Of a stretch of DNA of 64,000 nucleotides, positions 37,880 through 51,260 are shown piece by piece; within the stretch, counting starts at the first letter, position 1; the number at the start of each line of letters is the position of its first letter. A model generated the notes under the pieces. It was not told the origin of the DNA. It saw only the letters and a program-made list of their open reading frames with translations, and did not search any database. This stretch comes from Lytechinus pictus (taxonomy: Eukaryota): assembly GCF_037042905.1 (NCBI RefSeq), contig NC_087245.1:31868001-31932000 (forward strand), in the 5' to 3' direction. A program made the position numbers and the translations under genes.

Positions 37880-38320
37880 CATCAGAAAGGTAACCATTCA
37901 ATCTGGGCATTGGTATAATATGCGTCTATATTTCAACCTTATAATCCGCCTATTCGGTCAAACATAATATATCGGATGGTTTGAATTCACTTGATAGGGG
38001 GAGCAAGGTCGTTACGTATCCCCCAATTCTATTTTAATTCGTCCATCACGAATGAGTTGCGATTCGACTGATAATTAGGGACACTTTGCGCTTAATGAAG
38101 TGGGAAAGTGAAATATCAGGAGTCAGACCTTCTGATTAAGTCAGTAGTCCTCCTAACTGGAGTTCAGACATTCTCGAAGCGCCTCTGGTTGTATATTTTT
38201 AGCATGGCTTGATCTTCCTAAGGCATATAGTCCAACAGGTTATGTAGATTACCGTAAACATTGTAGAAGCGCTTGCGGATCACTTACCCTTAGGAAATTC
38301 ATGAGGAATCTTTTTACCAG
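37880..38320 (-). mobile_element. Possible highly decayed LINE fragment (ORF1 end plus endonuclease start)
   Basis: Minus-strand frames give SSEFKPSDILCLTE*AD (cf. DIICLTETW), LNGY downstream and RFLMNFLRVSDPQALL upstream; stops and frameshifts throughout. Confidence 0.35.
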
Positions 38321-39623
38321 CGTTCAGGGAAACTCAAAGATTAAACTATTCTACCTTGAGTTCATGAGTGAACGACTTCATTTCAGTGTCGAATCTCGTT
38401 TGCCTCTCTTTGCCCCACTCCCTTTAAATGTGAAATCTGCATTGCTTCAATAAAACAAAACCAAAAATATATATGTGCAATATTTACCGTGTACATCAAG
38501 GTGCATGCTGAGTTCCACCGAACAAGGATAATGTAATCCGTAAGATGCATCATTAAATACTAATTAGCAAGTCTTAGTTCATTTCAAAATTTATTAAAGG
38601 TTTTCATATCTTATTTTGTAACATGTTGACCTTTTTAAACGCAATGAACTTTTAACTCATGTATAAATAAAGTCAACAATAGGCTAACCTTCTTGAAATA
38701 TCTTTTTTTTCTGAAAATGATGTACTTTGCAAATAAAGCTGTATTTGAAAGATTTTGAAACTTATTGGGACAACCAATTATATTTATGATTGCATTATAT
38801 TTTGCCCCCTTTTCGTACTGTCATTCTCTCTCCCCGATAGATTTCAGGTACTACTTTTTGAAAGCGAGATGTTTATAGTTTGGAGATCCGCATAAAAAAA
38901 TATGTAAATCCCATTAATGAGATTTTAAGATTGAATTCATCTTAAGCAGGATGCATTTATGAAAAAATCGAAGTGTAAAAATTGATTTGAAGTAATTTTA
39001 CTTCAATATGAAGGAAAATGAAATTCGATGATAATTATATTGTCATGCATTGATTGAAACTAATGGACAGCATGACAAAATTGAAGGGTAACGACAAACA
39101 TTTTTATTGATTTTATAGCATTAGTACGCCCTATTTACTTTCTATATTCCCCTTACCCCCTTTCTCTCCCCCCGCCCCCTCTTATCTCTTCGGTCTCTCT
39201 CCTCTCTTTCTCTATATCTCTAACACTCTCTTTATCTATAACTTCTTCTCTCTCTTGATTTCATTAACGTTTCTTTGTGCTTTTAAAGCCCATTGTACAC
39301 CACCCTTGCCATCGCCCATGCTCCAAAGTTTGTGCTTGCGTTAAAGGCGTAAACATTGTTATAAAATTGATTTTAATGAAATCAAAATAACACTTATTTG
39401 TCTGTTTTTGGTAAAGGGTGACCAAAAGCCCTTCGAAGGATACCAGAGTAATCAATATTTAAAGTTTTTATTTTGTGACGTAAAAATAGCTCCACCTCAG
39501 GTCCTCAAATATTTATATCTGGCCAGGATCATGACCCATAATGCAACAGTCTGAGCAGCGTAGTCTTGTAATACAGGCCCACCTGAATAATCACACACCA
39601 ATTCACTGCTCACTATATTCATA

Positions 39624-40045
39624 GGTAAATTGCCAATTCGTCTAATGCCAAGTCATCCACTCACCACATGGTCTACCTTCATTTAGTCTAATGCCATTCC
39701 GTCCATCAACATTTCGTCTAACAACCATTTGGTCCAATAACCGTAGTCAAATCATCACTTCGTCTAATCATCAGTTCGTCTATGACTATTTCGTCTCATA
39801 CCCCTAATACCCAGTTCGTCTAATATACATTTAAGTTTGATTTCGCCCTGTTAACACTTAGTCCAATTAGACAAATGTTATATGGACTTAATGGCTATTG
39901 TACCAACTGATTATTAGATGAAATGGTGAGTGGACGAAATGACAATTAGACCATGTGGATAGTGGTCGAACTGATGGTAGACCAAATGATAGTAGACGAG
40001 TTGGTAATTGGACGAATTGGCATTAGACCGATTGAAAATAACAGG
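39624..40045. mobile_element. Fold-back element with opposing arrays of ~16-bp subrepeats
   Basis: The left half repeats TTCGTCTAAT-like units and the right half ATTAGACGAA-like units; outer IR TGCCAATTCGTCTAAT / ATTGGACGAATTGGCA. Confidence 0.8.
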
Positions 40046-40431
40046 TACTTTTCCGCCAAAAAAATAATTTCTATACAGAAATTAAAATCATATGCTATTT
40101 ACCTCAGAAATTACCTTAAAATTATAGTATAAGCCTAGCTATTTATAACACACTGCAAATGAGAAACTACACAAGTCATGAAATGCCCCTGAATTGAAGC
40201 AAACCATGTCCTAGAATTTCATTGCGCCGTCATCAGCTGGGCAAGCTGTTTTTTGTCACTGAAGTCTGGTTGTCTTGATGTCCTGAATTTAAACCTGATT
40301 TTCTTTTCTATCTCTGTATCTATTATCTCTCTTTCTCTCTCTCTCTTTCTCTCTTTCTATCCCCATCCCCATCAACAGCAGTTTTATCTTTCTTCTTATG
40401 AATAGGAGTTACTTTTGCAATTTTCATATCC

Positions 40432-41867
40432 TACTAGCACTTTCCCAGAGGATATGAAAATTGCAAAAGTAACTCCTATTCATAAGAAGAAAGATAAAAC
40501 TGCTGTTGAAAACTATAGACCTATCAGTGTTTTAAGCATAGTATCCAAAATTCTAGAAAAGGCGGTATGTGTTCAGATCGAAAAATATTTTAAAGAAAAT
40601 GATATGATTTACGAATATCAGTCTGGTTTTCGACATGACTATTCGACTGAGACATGCCTTATTCACTTGACTGATTATCTGAGAACTAATATTTCTAAGG
40701 GACAATTTGTTGGGATGGTACTCCTAGATCTTCAAAAAGCATTTGATACAGTTAATCATGGCATCTTATTGAAAAAATTACAAATAATGGGTTAAAACCA
40801 GGCTACTGTAGCATGGTTCAAATCCTACTTGTCGAGTCGACATCAAGTAGTGGCTATTCGCAATATTTGTTCCAAAATTATGCCTATAACGTGTGGAGTT
40901 CCACAGGGAAGTATTTTAGGCCCAATTCTATTTTCAACTTATATCAATGACATGTCTATTTGTATAAAAGCTGACTGTAAATTATTATTGTATGCAGATG
41001 ATAGCGTACTACTTTGTTCAAATTCCAACCCAAAATTTGTTGAGGAAACACTTAGCGAACAGCTGTCTACATGTGTCGATTGGATGACTGATAATAGATT
41101 ATCGTTACACTTAGACAAAACCGAGAGCATTCTGTTTTGTTCTAAACGTAATTATAAAACTTCATTTGAATTTGAAGTATCATACAATAATAAGATAATT
41201 CAGAGGAAAGAATCTGTAAAGTATTTAGGCATTAAATTGACTAGATCCCTTTCATTTTCATCTTTAGTAGAATCAATCGTGAAAAAGGCGAATGCCCGTT
41301 TGAAATTTCTGTACGGGTATCAAAGTTGTATGGATCAAAAAGCAAGGCGTATTCTCTGTTTTGCTCTTATTCAGAGTTTATTTGACTATGCTAACCCTGC
41401 TTGGTTTAGTGGCATAAGCGAACTCGATAAAAAGAAGTTGAAAATTATACAGAATAAAATGGTTAGATTCATTAACTGTTCTGGTCCCAGAACCCATGTT
41501 GGCTACACCGAACTCTCTGGAGCAGGTTTTCTTGAAGTCAACAAAAGATCAAAACAGCTTATTTTGCACCACGTGCATAAAATCTATCACAATAGATCGA
41601 ATCATTACATTGGATCAAACTTTAATCTAGTTACAGAATTACATACATTGTAACTATAATACAAGAAACAGCCATTTCAACTTTTGCTTACCAGAAAGGG
41701 TAGGTAGTATTGGTAACTCCTTTTATTACAATGCTATAAAACATTGGAATTCCCTTCCCAATGATATAAAGGAAATAGGAAACTTTTTGCATTTTAAGAG
41801 GAAATTGAAAGAATATCTTTCACTTGAGAGTCAAAGAGAAGATACAAATAATATGTTATACGGTTGA
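40432..41867 (+). pseudogene. Disabled LINE ORF2 (reverse transcriptase) reading frame
   Basis: ORFs 40415-40795 and 40829-41653 are in the same frame and separated by one TAA (40793-40795; reads through as G*NQATVAWFKSYLSSRHQ). An apparent 7-bp insertion (acattgt, ~41645-41651) shifts the frame, which then continues NYNTRN...KLKEYL to TGA at 41865-41867. Confidence 0.88.
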
Positions 41868-42404
41868 TTTAGCCTGAATACGGACCACGTTCTTTTCTCT
41901 TCTCTACCAGGTATTATTATTTATTTTACATAGTTTGATTGAACCTTCGATATGTCCTTTCCTCTATTCTTTCTATTTCTTTGATCTCTTCCTTCTATTC
42001 CCCTCTTCGTGTTGTTATTGTTGTCGCCGTTTTTGCTGTTGTTCTTCTTATTATTTTTCTTCCTCATCCTTTTCTTCCGTCTCCTTCTCCGCCTCCTCCC
42101 CTTTCTTTTTCTATTCCTCCTCCTTCTTCTCCTTCTTTTCTTCTTCTTCTTCGTTATATTGTTGTATATATTATCTATATATCTTATTTATTGTTAATAG
42201 TAAATTCTGATTTTTTTGCTTTTATGTAAATAGTTTAATTTTACCATTTTATTATCTTAATTCTGTATGTCGAGGACCCCACTGGAAATAAGCTTTCGAG
42301 CTTTCGTGGGTCATCCTGTGCAAGCCTGTTGTTTTAATGCTACTGTATATAATTTATGTTATGGTGACTTGCCAAATAAAATTAATCAATCAATCAATCA
42401 ATCA
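40432..42404 (+). mobile_element. 5'-truncated non-LTR retrotransposon of the CR1/L2 group (Crack/Daphne/L2-like) with 3' UTR stem-loop and (AATC)n tail
   Basis: RT motifs FP..MKIAKVTPIHKK, NYRPISVLS..SKILEK, YQSGFR..YSTET, LDLQKAFDTVNH, GVPQGSILGPILF..YIND, YADD and KYLGI; C-terminal HNYNTR..SF.Y.AIK.WNSLP; 3' hairpin gaggaccccac..aagc tttcga gcttt..gtgggtcatcct (~42272-42317); aataaa plus (aatc)n tail ending ~42404. Confidence 0.93.
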
Positions 42405-43344
42405 AAGCACCTTCGCCCCTTTTCCCCATCTATCGTTTGAATAGGAATGTGCCTTCAGTAAGTCGCACTATTTTCGTTTTGGGTTCTAACACAAATAGAT
42501 TCCCTTCCGCTGCGGCAGGCTCATTATATGGCAACATATAAGGAGGGGGAGTCTATTGTAATTTACAATTGATATAACTTTCTTCAGCGCAAATGTTCTG
42601 GGGTTTATTTTCTGATGAGGAGCATACCCCACTCCAAAATAAACTTTTATTCACATATCCAAAAGTTCACCTGATTGCATGAACTTTAAAGGCAACCCCC
42701 CAAAAAAAAAATCAAGGGGAAATCACCTAGGTTTCGTTTCATGCACTGATCACTTCATTTTAATCATCCCCACAACAATCGATCCGTGCCCAAAATAAAG
42801 ATAAAACGTTTCTGTTGAGAATGGCCTACTTAGGGTCACATTTTCATTTGGTGGTGTAGCCAAAGGGCGGATTGGGACGGTCTGTGAACTAACGTCAAAG
42901 AAATTGATAGGACAGGCCTGGTATAGAGTTGACATCGATTTAAGAGCTCGCCAACAACGGGTGTTAGGAAGAAGATAGAGTCTGGGACGTATTGAGTTTT
43001 CGCACACGAAGACAACGAGATCTGTTTCGTTCTCTTTTTTTTTTTGGGGGGGGGGGGCTGATCTGGCCTACTGTTGCGCTGTAGCGTGGTGTTCGCTGTC
43101 TGTCGTCGGCCCACAAATTCTAAATTTCTTCTTTTTCGTCATGTTATGTCCGATTTCAGTTCCGTTTGCTTTATTTGAAATAACTATTATGGGATACAGA
43201 ACTTCTACACAGAGCTTTTAACCTCATTCAATATGCTGGTATATGTGTATGTAAACATATAAACAATTGCATCTTCTGTATTTTGTTAACCTATTTGATT
43301 TTATTTGCTCCATCTGAAAGAGTTGCATGAGGTTCACCAAACTT

Positions 43345-43645
43345 TTTGATTTGATTTGATTTGATTTATTCATTTTCACATTCCAATAACAAAAATATAT
43401 ACAAGTGTAATCATTTTTTTTCTTAGCATAACATAACAATAAGCAAATGACATAATTAATAACATATGCATATATACAATCTATAAATGTAATTGAAATA
43501 TATTTATACCTGATAATTTTTTTTTTTAAATTATAAAAACAAATAGCAGAACAAAATTATATATATACATATTTCGACACAATACATTTTGAAATGTGGG
43601 AGACCTTCATCTTAAGCTCAGAGCTTGAAATGAATAAAGGCCTCA
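43345..43645 (-). mobile_element. 3' UTR remnant of a CR1/L2-group LINE
   Basis: (TTTGA)n plus tttatt tail on the + strand and hairpin gagacctt..aagctcagagctt..aaggcctc at ~43600-43643. Confidence 0.6.
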
Positions 43646-46600
43646 AAGGAAAGGGGAAGGAAAATCAGACAAACAGTGCAATAAAAGAGACTTATCTTTT
43701 ATTGCACAAAATAGGAATATTACCAAAAATGTAGATAGGGAAAGAAAAATTAAAATGAGGAAGTTATAATCATGTTGATAAAAGTGAAAGTGCAAGTGCA
43801 AGTGTACGATAGTGCAAGAGCGGGGGGTGGTTGTAATATCGGTTCTACCCAGAATTCTGAATTTTTGAGTAAAAAATACTGGCACTTCCTCATTTTACGT
43901 TATCATTATCAATAAACATGTTTTTTTTTATTGTCCAAGTGTCAACTGCCTAAAATTGAAAAATTAATTGCGTTGATTTCTTTGCCATATAAGATGAGAA
44001 CCATATCATTGATGCGCTAATCTAATTTCCCTTTTTATATTTCTCCTAGCACTGAATTTAAGGATTTTGCTACAGTTGTACATGTAAGCGTAGGACATAA
44101 TTATGAAACAAAACTTGTTGGAAATTTTTTATTTTGAAACAGTTGACGAGTTAAAAGAACGAACACAAGAGCATGACTGTGCTCCCTCCTAAGCCCCCCC
44201 CCCCTCATTATGCACCTGCACTCTTCATTAAGATAGGGTGACTAAAAATAATTTGTAACTGTTTTGCTTAGCTTACAATAGTATATTCTGTTATGTCCTC
44301 TATTTATTTTCTTTGTTAATTTGTATGTGGAAAATTAAAAAAAGAACATACATATGGAGTATTTATCGAAAGGGAGGTGTTAGTATTAGATATTTATTTC
44401 AGCCTGTATTCTTGACAAATGAAATTTTAAAAATGGGGAAATAAAATCTTTATCAATATCCTGGAACCTTTTTTAACTGACATCTCATCTAGAAGCTCAA
44501 TAAACTACATTTTCCCTCTTTTTTCGCATCTCCCTTATTCAGTGATCATGTTTCCATACTGCACTTCTTGTTATTAAACGGCGTTTTGCGTTTCGAATTT
44601 CTTTCTCTTCTCTATTCCAAATGTCCAGTATTAATCTATGGTAGTCTTCACGAGGCAAACTGTTTACAAACCTCTTGTTATCGGATTACAAAGGTTCTTG
44701 GAAATCTGATCAACATAGTTGATTGGGACGAATCTTTCTCACAGCCTCTTCTCATTTTGCTGTCCTCTTTATCCTGTCAACCATTTTCTTCCATTTCCTC
44801 TTCCTCCCTTTCAGTCTCCGCCCCAATGCCGTATTTCTGATACATTTTGAATTCTCTTTCTGCTCCTTCCTGTGTCTCTCTCTCTCCTTTTCTCTGTTCC
44901 CTCTCTCGTTGTAACATTTATTTCTTTCTTCCCCCTTCCCCTTTTCACTTCTCCAGCTCTCCCCCTCTCTCTCTCTCTCTAAGACTCTCTCCCTGTCCCC
45001 ATCTTTCTCCCTCCCCCTCTCTCTCTCCATATCCCTCTTTCATTGTCTGTATTACAACCCAAAACGGGGTCGTTACATATCTGAATATCTTACTTATGAT
45101 GAAAAATGCTGCTTTGCATAAATATTGGTTTATGTAGGATTGAGTTTAAAGCTCCCAAATGGTGCGAATAGAAAAGAAAATGTCACCCCGAGTCAATTTG
45201 CCTTGTATCCAGATCATATTTCGATTTCCAGTTCCGATCAAATAGGATTCCATGGCAACCATTATTCATTTGTATGGATATGGAATTAATAGTTTAAAAA
45301 GGAAAAAAATATCGGGATAGTTATGCTTGGACTTATAATAAATTATATTTAGGGCCTACAGAATTTACCACATGTTTCTTTTAAAGGTAGTATTAACCTT
45401 TGGTATATCTAAATATCATTCATTGTTATATTTTGAATTCGTCTGATAAATTGAAGGGTCTAGAAAGAAAAATTATCCATGGTTCTATTCCGATCATTTG
45501 ACTTCCTTCGGTAGATAATAATAATGATAATAAAAATGATTTTTAAAAAATCAGATCTCAAATTCTTGTGTTTCTTTTTGATAAGCACGAAATGAGCCTA
45601 TACCTCAAGAAACAACAAGTGAAAAAAAACGAAATAACGGTTATTAAACTTAACTTTTAACACATTTATATATGAGAATAAACGTCCAATTTATATAATT
45701 CAGATCATGTACATCTACGAAGGTTTTCAAGGTTTTAGTTAACAATCAAAATTCCATCGATAGCTCTTACGTTACATATAAATAGATATAGGTGGTTTTG
45801 AGCGGAGATTGTCGGATGCATAAAGTCGTGTTTTTTTTTGCATTGAGCAAGGGCAAGGATTCGAAAAAGACTAGAATTATAAGATTGCATCGGTATCAAC
45901 TAATGCCTTGGAATATTTTTAATCGATTTTGGTTAAAACCCAATCTCCACCAATTAACCATAGCATTTGTTATTTCTTCCCAGTGCCATCTACCCCCCCC
46001 CCTATCTCTCTCTCTCTCTCTCGCATTCTTTATCTATCTATCTATCTTTCTATTTATCTCCTCGTTCCTTTTGTTTCTATTCCTATCACCCTTTTTTATT
46101 CTCTAAAACCCCGTATAAATGACAAAGAAATGATAACAGAGAAGTTACATTTTATATTTGTGCCTTGGATGAAATATGTTCAATGATTTGTAAACATCAG
46201 TCAAGGATTTATTTTATCTTAATTTCACAGTATGATTTTGTTCACCTATGCCTATCGAAAAAAGGGGAATCCACGAAGGGGCGGGGGAGTCACGTGACCC
46301 CTAAAATTTCATGGTCGGTTGAATTCTATTACTGTCATACAAAACCTATGTACCATTTACTTCACAAATATGTCATAACTTTATTTGCATTCTGCCTCCA
46401 TAATAATTCATTTATATCATATTAAGCAGCCATTAAAAAAATGATTACTGAAACCTTGAAACGGTGCTTGAAACGTCCATTTTTATGTTAGTATATTGCA
46501 TGAAAGGTGCATGCAGGAGAAAATATATTTGCCTTCTTACTTCGCTTTCCGTTGAAGGGGAAAAAAACTGATCTGACTGCCATTTCATTTTTCATGGCTG

Positions 46601-46699
46601 CTAGCCTACCATCCCCCCCCCCCCCGAATGTTACATTTTCAGGATTATGAAGAGATTGCGTTGTTATTGTACACACAAAGCAACTTTTATCAGAATAAA

Positions 46700-47059
46700 T
46701 TAATTCAATGAGAGAGTGGGTATAGATTTTTAGAGAGCAAGAGATGAGCGAAATTGATAAAGCGCCCTATACTTGTCTGCGCGTACGCCGGGTGTCTTGC
46801 TATAGCAGAACTGTGCAGCATCGTGTGCAAAATAAAAAAGAACCGCCACCAAGCACGTTGAACAAACTCATCCAAGTTCATCAACATATCTTTCAAAGAA
46901 AGCGTGTTTACATTGTTTGTTTATCTGTTTATCTGTTGTCCTTGTGGCATGTGCCTGCGTTATTATACGCACACCACGATGCGTGAGCACCTGTCGAAAT
47001 TACTTGTTGACATTGAAAACTTCTGCAAATAATCATTGCTAATCATCGCTCCCGCCTGG
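46700..47059 (+). promoter_or_regulatory. Candidate core promoter / 5' UTR of the GABA-B-like gene
   Basis: Repeat-free and locally richer in GC and CpG, directly upstream of the signal-peptide ATG. Positional inference only; no TSS can be fixed. Confidence 0.35.
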
Positions 47060-47296
47060 ATGTTCTGCCTTGTCTACCTAGAGATGTTTTCTCTGTTGTT
47101 TGTAATTGTTTCTTGGCTGATTTCCCGAGCTGGAGCATCCATGCCACTCTACATCCTTGGACTCTATCCGATGTCGGGGGACTGGGCAGGGGGCCAGGGG
47201 CAGCTCCCTGCTACTCGCCTCGGTTTTGAGCACATCAATGATAATCGAAATCTCTTGCCGAATTACACTCTAGTGCTCCAGCCGCATGATACGGAG
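47060..47296 (+). CDS. First coding exon of a GABA-B receptor-like (GABBR1-like) class C GPCR: signal peptide plus start of the Venus-flytrap domain; gene is 3'-partial
   Basis: Translation MFCLVYLEMFSLLFVIVSWLISRAGA-SMPLYILGLYPMSGDWAGGQGQLPATRLGFEHINDNRNLLPNYTLVLQPHDTE resembles the GABBR1 motif [46 protein letters not shown] (recalled). The hydrophobic leader ends in an A-G-A cleavage motif. The exon ends at a strong donor GAG|GTATGT (47297) in phase 0, just before the expected conserved Cys. Alternative ATG at 47084. Confidence 0.9.
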
Positions 47297-50200
47297 GTAT
47301 GTTTTAAATTGTAAATATAATCATGTTCCATTCCATTGTTCAAAGAAGTGTAGGGGCCTATTATGACAATAGCTAGATTTATGGTAGCGCTTTATACCTG
47401 ATAATACATAGTGCAACACTATGATAACCCCTGCTTTACCTCGAGCTACCACTTCTATAGTGACTTTGAGGCATTGATAATCTTGAAATCGCTAAAAAAA
47501 TGCTTGATTATGTCCGATTTATTTTCTATAATGAACGATTAGTAAAATCACGTTCGGTAAACTCAATGTATTAGGTTATTTCATGTTCTTTTTTGTTTAA
47601 CTCTGCTCTGATTTTAAGCTATAAACTGCAGTAGTTCATATTTTAATGAAGAGTTGAATTATACACATTTGTGACCATTGGCCGTCTCATTGATTTTATT
47701 TTTATCTCCATTTTATTTGTTATAAGCTGGAATTATCTATTTCCCTCATCTCTTATAAATTCTAGGTTACCATGCTTACATTCTCATCCATTTATTTTGA
47801 TTATGTGTGTGAGTAATCAAACAATATATTGATAAAAGTTGAATGATATGCTATAATCGGATTACAGTATCACTTACGTTGAAATGATCGATAAAATTAT
47901 CATTCATATTTTATCGAGCCGTAGGGAAAATATAATGCTCTAGTAAAAAAGCGAAATGAAATTATATATTTCTATATCATATTCATGACATAGTCACAGT
48001 GAAACCGGATAATGTCGTTAAGAATTCATCTCAAATTTCTTCAACGCCGAGTTTCTATACTGTCGACCGCCTTTTCAAGAACGTCACGGTATTTGCTATT
48101 TGTAGCTGATCGCACATTTCCATATTTCGGAAAGATTTACTATTATTCTCTCTTACTATTTTTTTTCTCAAAGCCTGTTAGTCGTACAAATCTTGCGATA
48201 TTATGCCATATTGATGCATTTGAGTTTGACTTGGTGGAGTATTTTTTTTTAATGTTGATCCCAATACTTTAATTAGGCAACCATTCTTAGGGGGTTGAGT
48301 GTAGTAACGTGCAATATTGGGGAATATTTTGTGAGAGATATTCACCTGACACACACCCACACATCCTTACACCCACACACGTATACAATGTGAATCTTTA
48401 TTTTTTTTAGAAAATATGCCATTCTGATATAACGTCGGACAAAATACTCTTTCCAAAAAATCTCTTATAACATTCACGAAATTACCAATCTGCTGCTTAG
48501 TGGAATACGTAGTCTTTCGAATTCAAAAGTCCTAGATGTAATGTATGATTATCTTAAAAGAAATTTTGTATTTGATTTTGTATTGTGTCTTTATTTTTTT
48601 TTTTAAGTACTGAGGTGACAAAGAGCAAATGCAAAGGAATTCATCCTCACTTTTTTCCAATTAGGGGTTCTACTGGGTTCATCTTTAACATCCCTCATTT
48701 CAAATTCAAATCATCTCTTTAGCACTTTGCGAGCGCTTCCTTCACAATTACCTAAACGGCTTCATAATCACTTAAATGGCATAAATATCAGTCGCCCGTG
48801 GGTGTGATATCATATTCGTTTTCTTCCTTTGTTTTAAATGAACTGTAAAATATTTGACTTTGCAAATCAGAGTTTAATATCCTTGCTTTCTATTTTGTTT
48901 CTCGACAAATGCATGAGTGCTTCCTTTAGACTCGAGTGATTTTTTTGAAATACTTAATTATTTCACTCCAATCATTTCTTTTTCTCTCCATCTCTGTTTC
49001 TCTTATTTCCCCCTTCCCTCTTACACACACACACACACCCAAGCGCGCACACACGCCCGCTTTCTCTCCCTCTCTCTCTCTTCCCTCTCCTACTTCGAGA
49101 TTGCAAATCAGTTTAATATGCTTCCTTTCTAGCTCGTTCAATGACAAATGCACTGAGTGTTCTGTGTATGATTAAGTTAATTGTTTGTTTACTTCATTCT
49201 CTCCCTACCTGTCTCGCTTTCTTCCCCTCCCCTCACACACACACCCTCACCCACGCACTCACACTCTTCCTTCTACTTTGATCCTCTGTCTCTCTTTCAT
49301 TCTCTCTATCCTCCTTCCTTCTTTCTTTCACCCTCTCTTTCCCGCTGACGCTTAAAGGTGACTTAACTAGGCATATCGTTAATTGTTGCATGGTTTTATG
49401 GGATGATAGATGAACCCTCCTATAAAAGTGAGAACGGTAAACATATTCGCTGGCATTGGTTGTAATATCCAGGCACAAATCCTAATTAAAGGTTTTATCA
49501 ACAAGTGGGTCTCCATATAAAACTAGCACATTGCTCTATGATTGATTAAAAAAAATAGGTCACTAGTAAGGCATAGGCATGTTTTTTTAATTTACCAAGA
49601 GCGAGAGAATCATAATTATGTACGCTAGTCGTTGTAAGATGCGCGGTTAGACCACTTAACATTAAATCTTAACATTTAAAATAATTTAACAAAAAATGAT
49701 ATCAAAATGGAAGGACAAAATAGATTCATATCTACTGCAGATACACATAGGCATTTAAAATCATTTCACAAAAAATAATATCAAAATGGAAGGACAAAAT
49801 AGGTTAATATCATGTTAGTATACATAACATCCGTCACACCTCTCTCTGTGTGTAAGCTACGCGGAACAGTTGCGAGCAGGAATATCCAACACACACAAAA
49901 ATTACTGTAAGCAGACAAACATTTCAGCAGATTTTTCTTACATGCTGGGCACGTTCTACTTACGGTCTACTTGCGTGTTTTCCTGTGACCTTCGTGCCAT
50001 GCAGGTGCGTGGGTGGCGTGTAGGAGATTCGAAACTGATCTGTGTTAGTTACGGGTGACATGCGGACGCTGCAAGGCAACTGCGTCACGACAGCGTGATA
50101 CCTGCGAGGTATGAACCGGGGTGATAATGACCTCATTATCTTGGTCGCAGCCAACCTTAAATAAGCACCAGAAAGGCAGTAACTTACCCTCAGTATGCGC

Positions 50201-51260
50201 GCGATTTTCACGCTCCAACTCGCCAGCGATACAATAATGTTCGCAGTATCAACTCGGTAATTTGTCAGTAAACACCCTCCGGGGGGGGGGCACTCCGGCA
50301 CGTATAATGACAGTATGGGGTGGGCACTTGAAGGGGCATCACACGTTGAAAATAATTTAATCTAACAATATTAGAGTAAAATTGAAATTGAACATGCAAA
50401 ATACTAAAAATTTTCATCAAAGTATTTGTATTTATTTTTTGTAAGGGGAGGGGGGGGGGTGCTTTCATTAAAACAATTGACTTTTTGTGCCTTCTTATCG
50501 CGTATCGAACATTATTTAGTCGCCCATTGAAAATCCATTCCCCTCCTAACGCTTTTCAAAGGGGAGGGGGTGTAATAAATTCATTTCCTCTTTTAATACA
50601 AAAATCAGGGTTTGATTTGTTCTTATTTTTTACATTTCAATCATAACGTGGTAGATAGCCGCAAACAGGCCTTTTGAATTAATAAACCACTTCCGCGATT
50701 GTTCAAACCAGCATGCAAGTCTTAAAACATCAAAATAGTCCTAAGATTCTACACTCTTCCGGTAAGTAGTCGAAAAGGTTATGTTTCTTTTCACGATAAG
50801 TATGTTGTGCCACTTACGCTATTCATAAATAATAGTATTCGAGTTCCCGTGGGACTCGGCAAAGTACAGCAGATGGATGCCTAACAGTTCGTCAATGTAC
50901 AACATCGGCCCCTGGGAATTCGGTCCCTACCCGAACATAGATGGCTGCGAGCCGGAGAAACATGATTTTACATTCTGACGTGTTTTGTGCACTCATAGGG
51001 AAGATTGACGAGTCGCCAATCCCGTCGGGAGTGGAACCATTATTGTGGCCTGAATACCAAGCGATGAATAATTATTAATGCATGGTTTCTACTCTGGCGT
51101 TAGATCGTTGTGGGACGTTCACCTCGGATTTGAAATTGTTTTTCGAGGGATAGGATGTTGTGCTGAAAATTGAACCAGGAAAAGATGCAAACTTTTTCCC
51201 TTTCCCCTTTTCACTTTGCGACGTTTTGAGGAAAATTTGCACCGAACGTGTGATGATATT

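Noticed and set aside
42602-42645. Second hammerhead (CTGATGA-GGAG..CTCC-AAAA)
   Set aside because: GAAA is absent and there is no room for stem III or an NUH site.
46278-46301. GC box plus GTCACGTGAC (E-box/CLEAR) as a promoter element of the receptor gene
   Set aside because: A single short motif ~770 bp upstream; G-run/C-run-flanked palindromes like this also occur in MITE remnants, so function cannot be supported.
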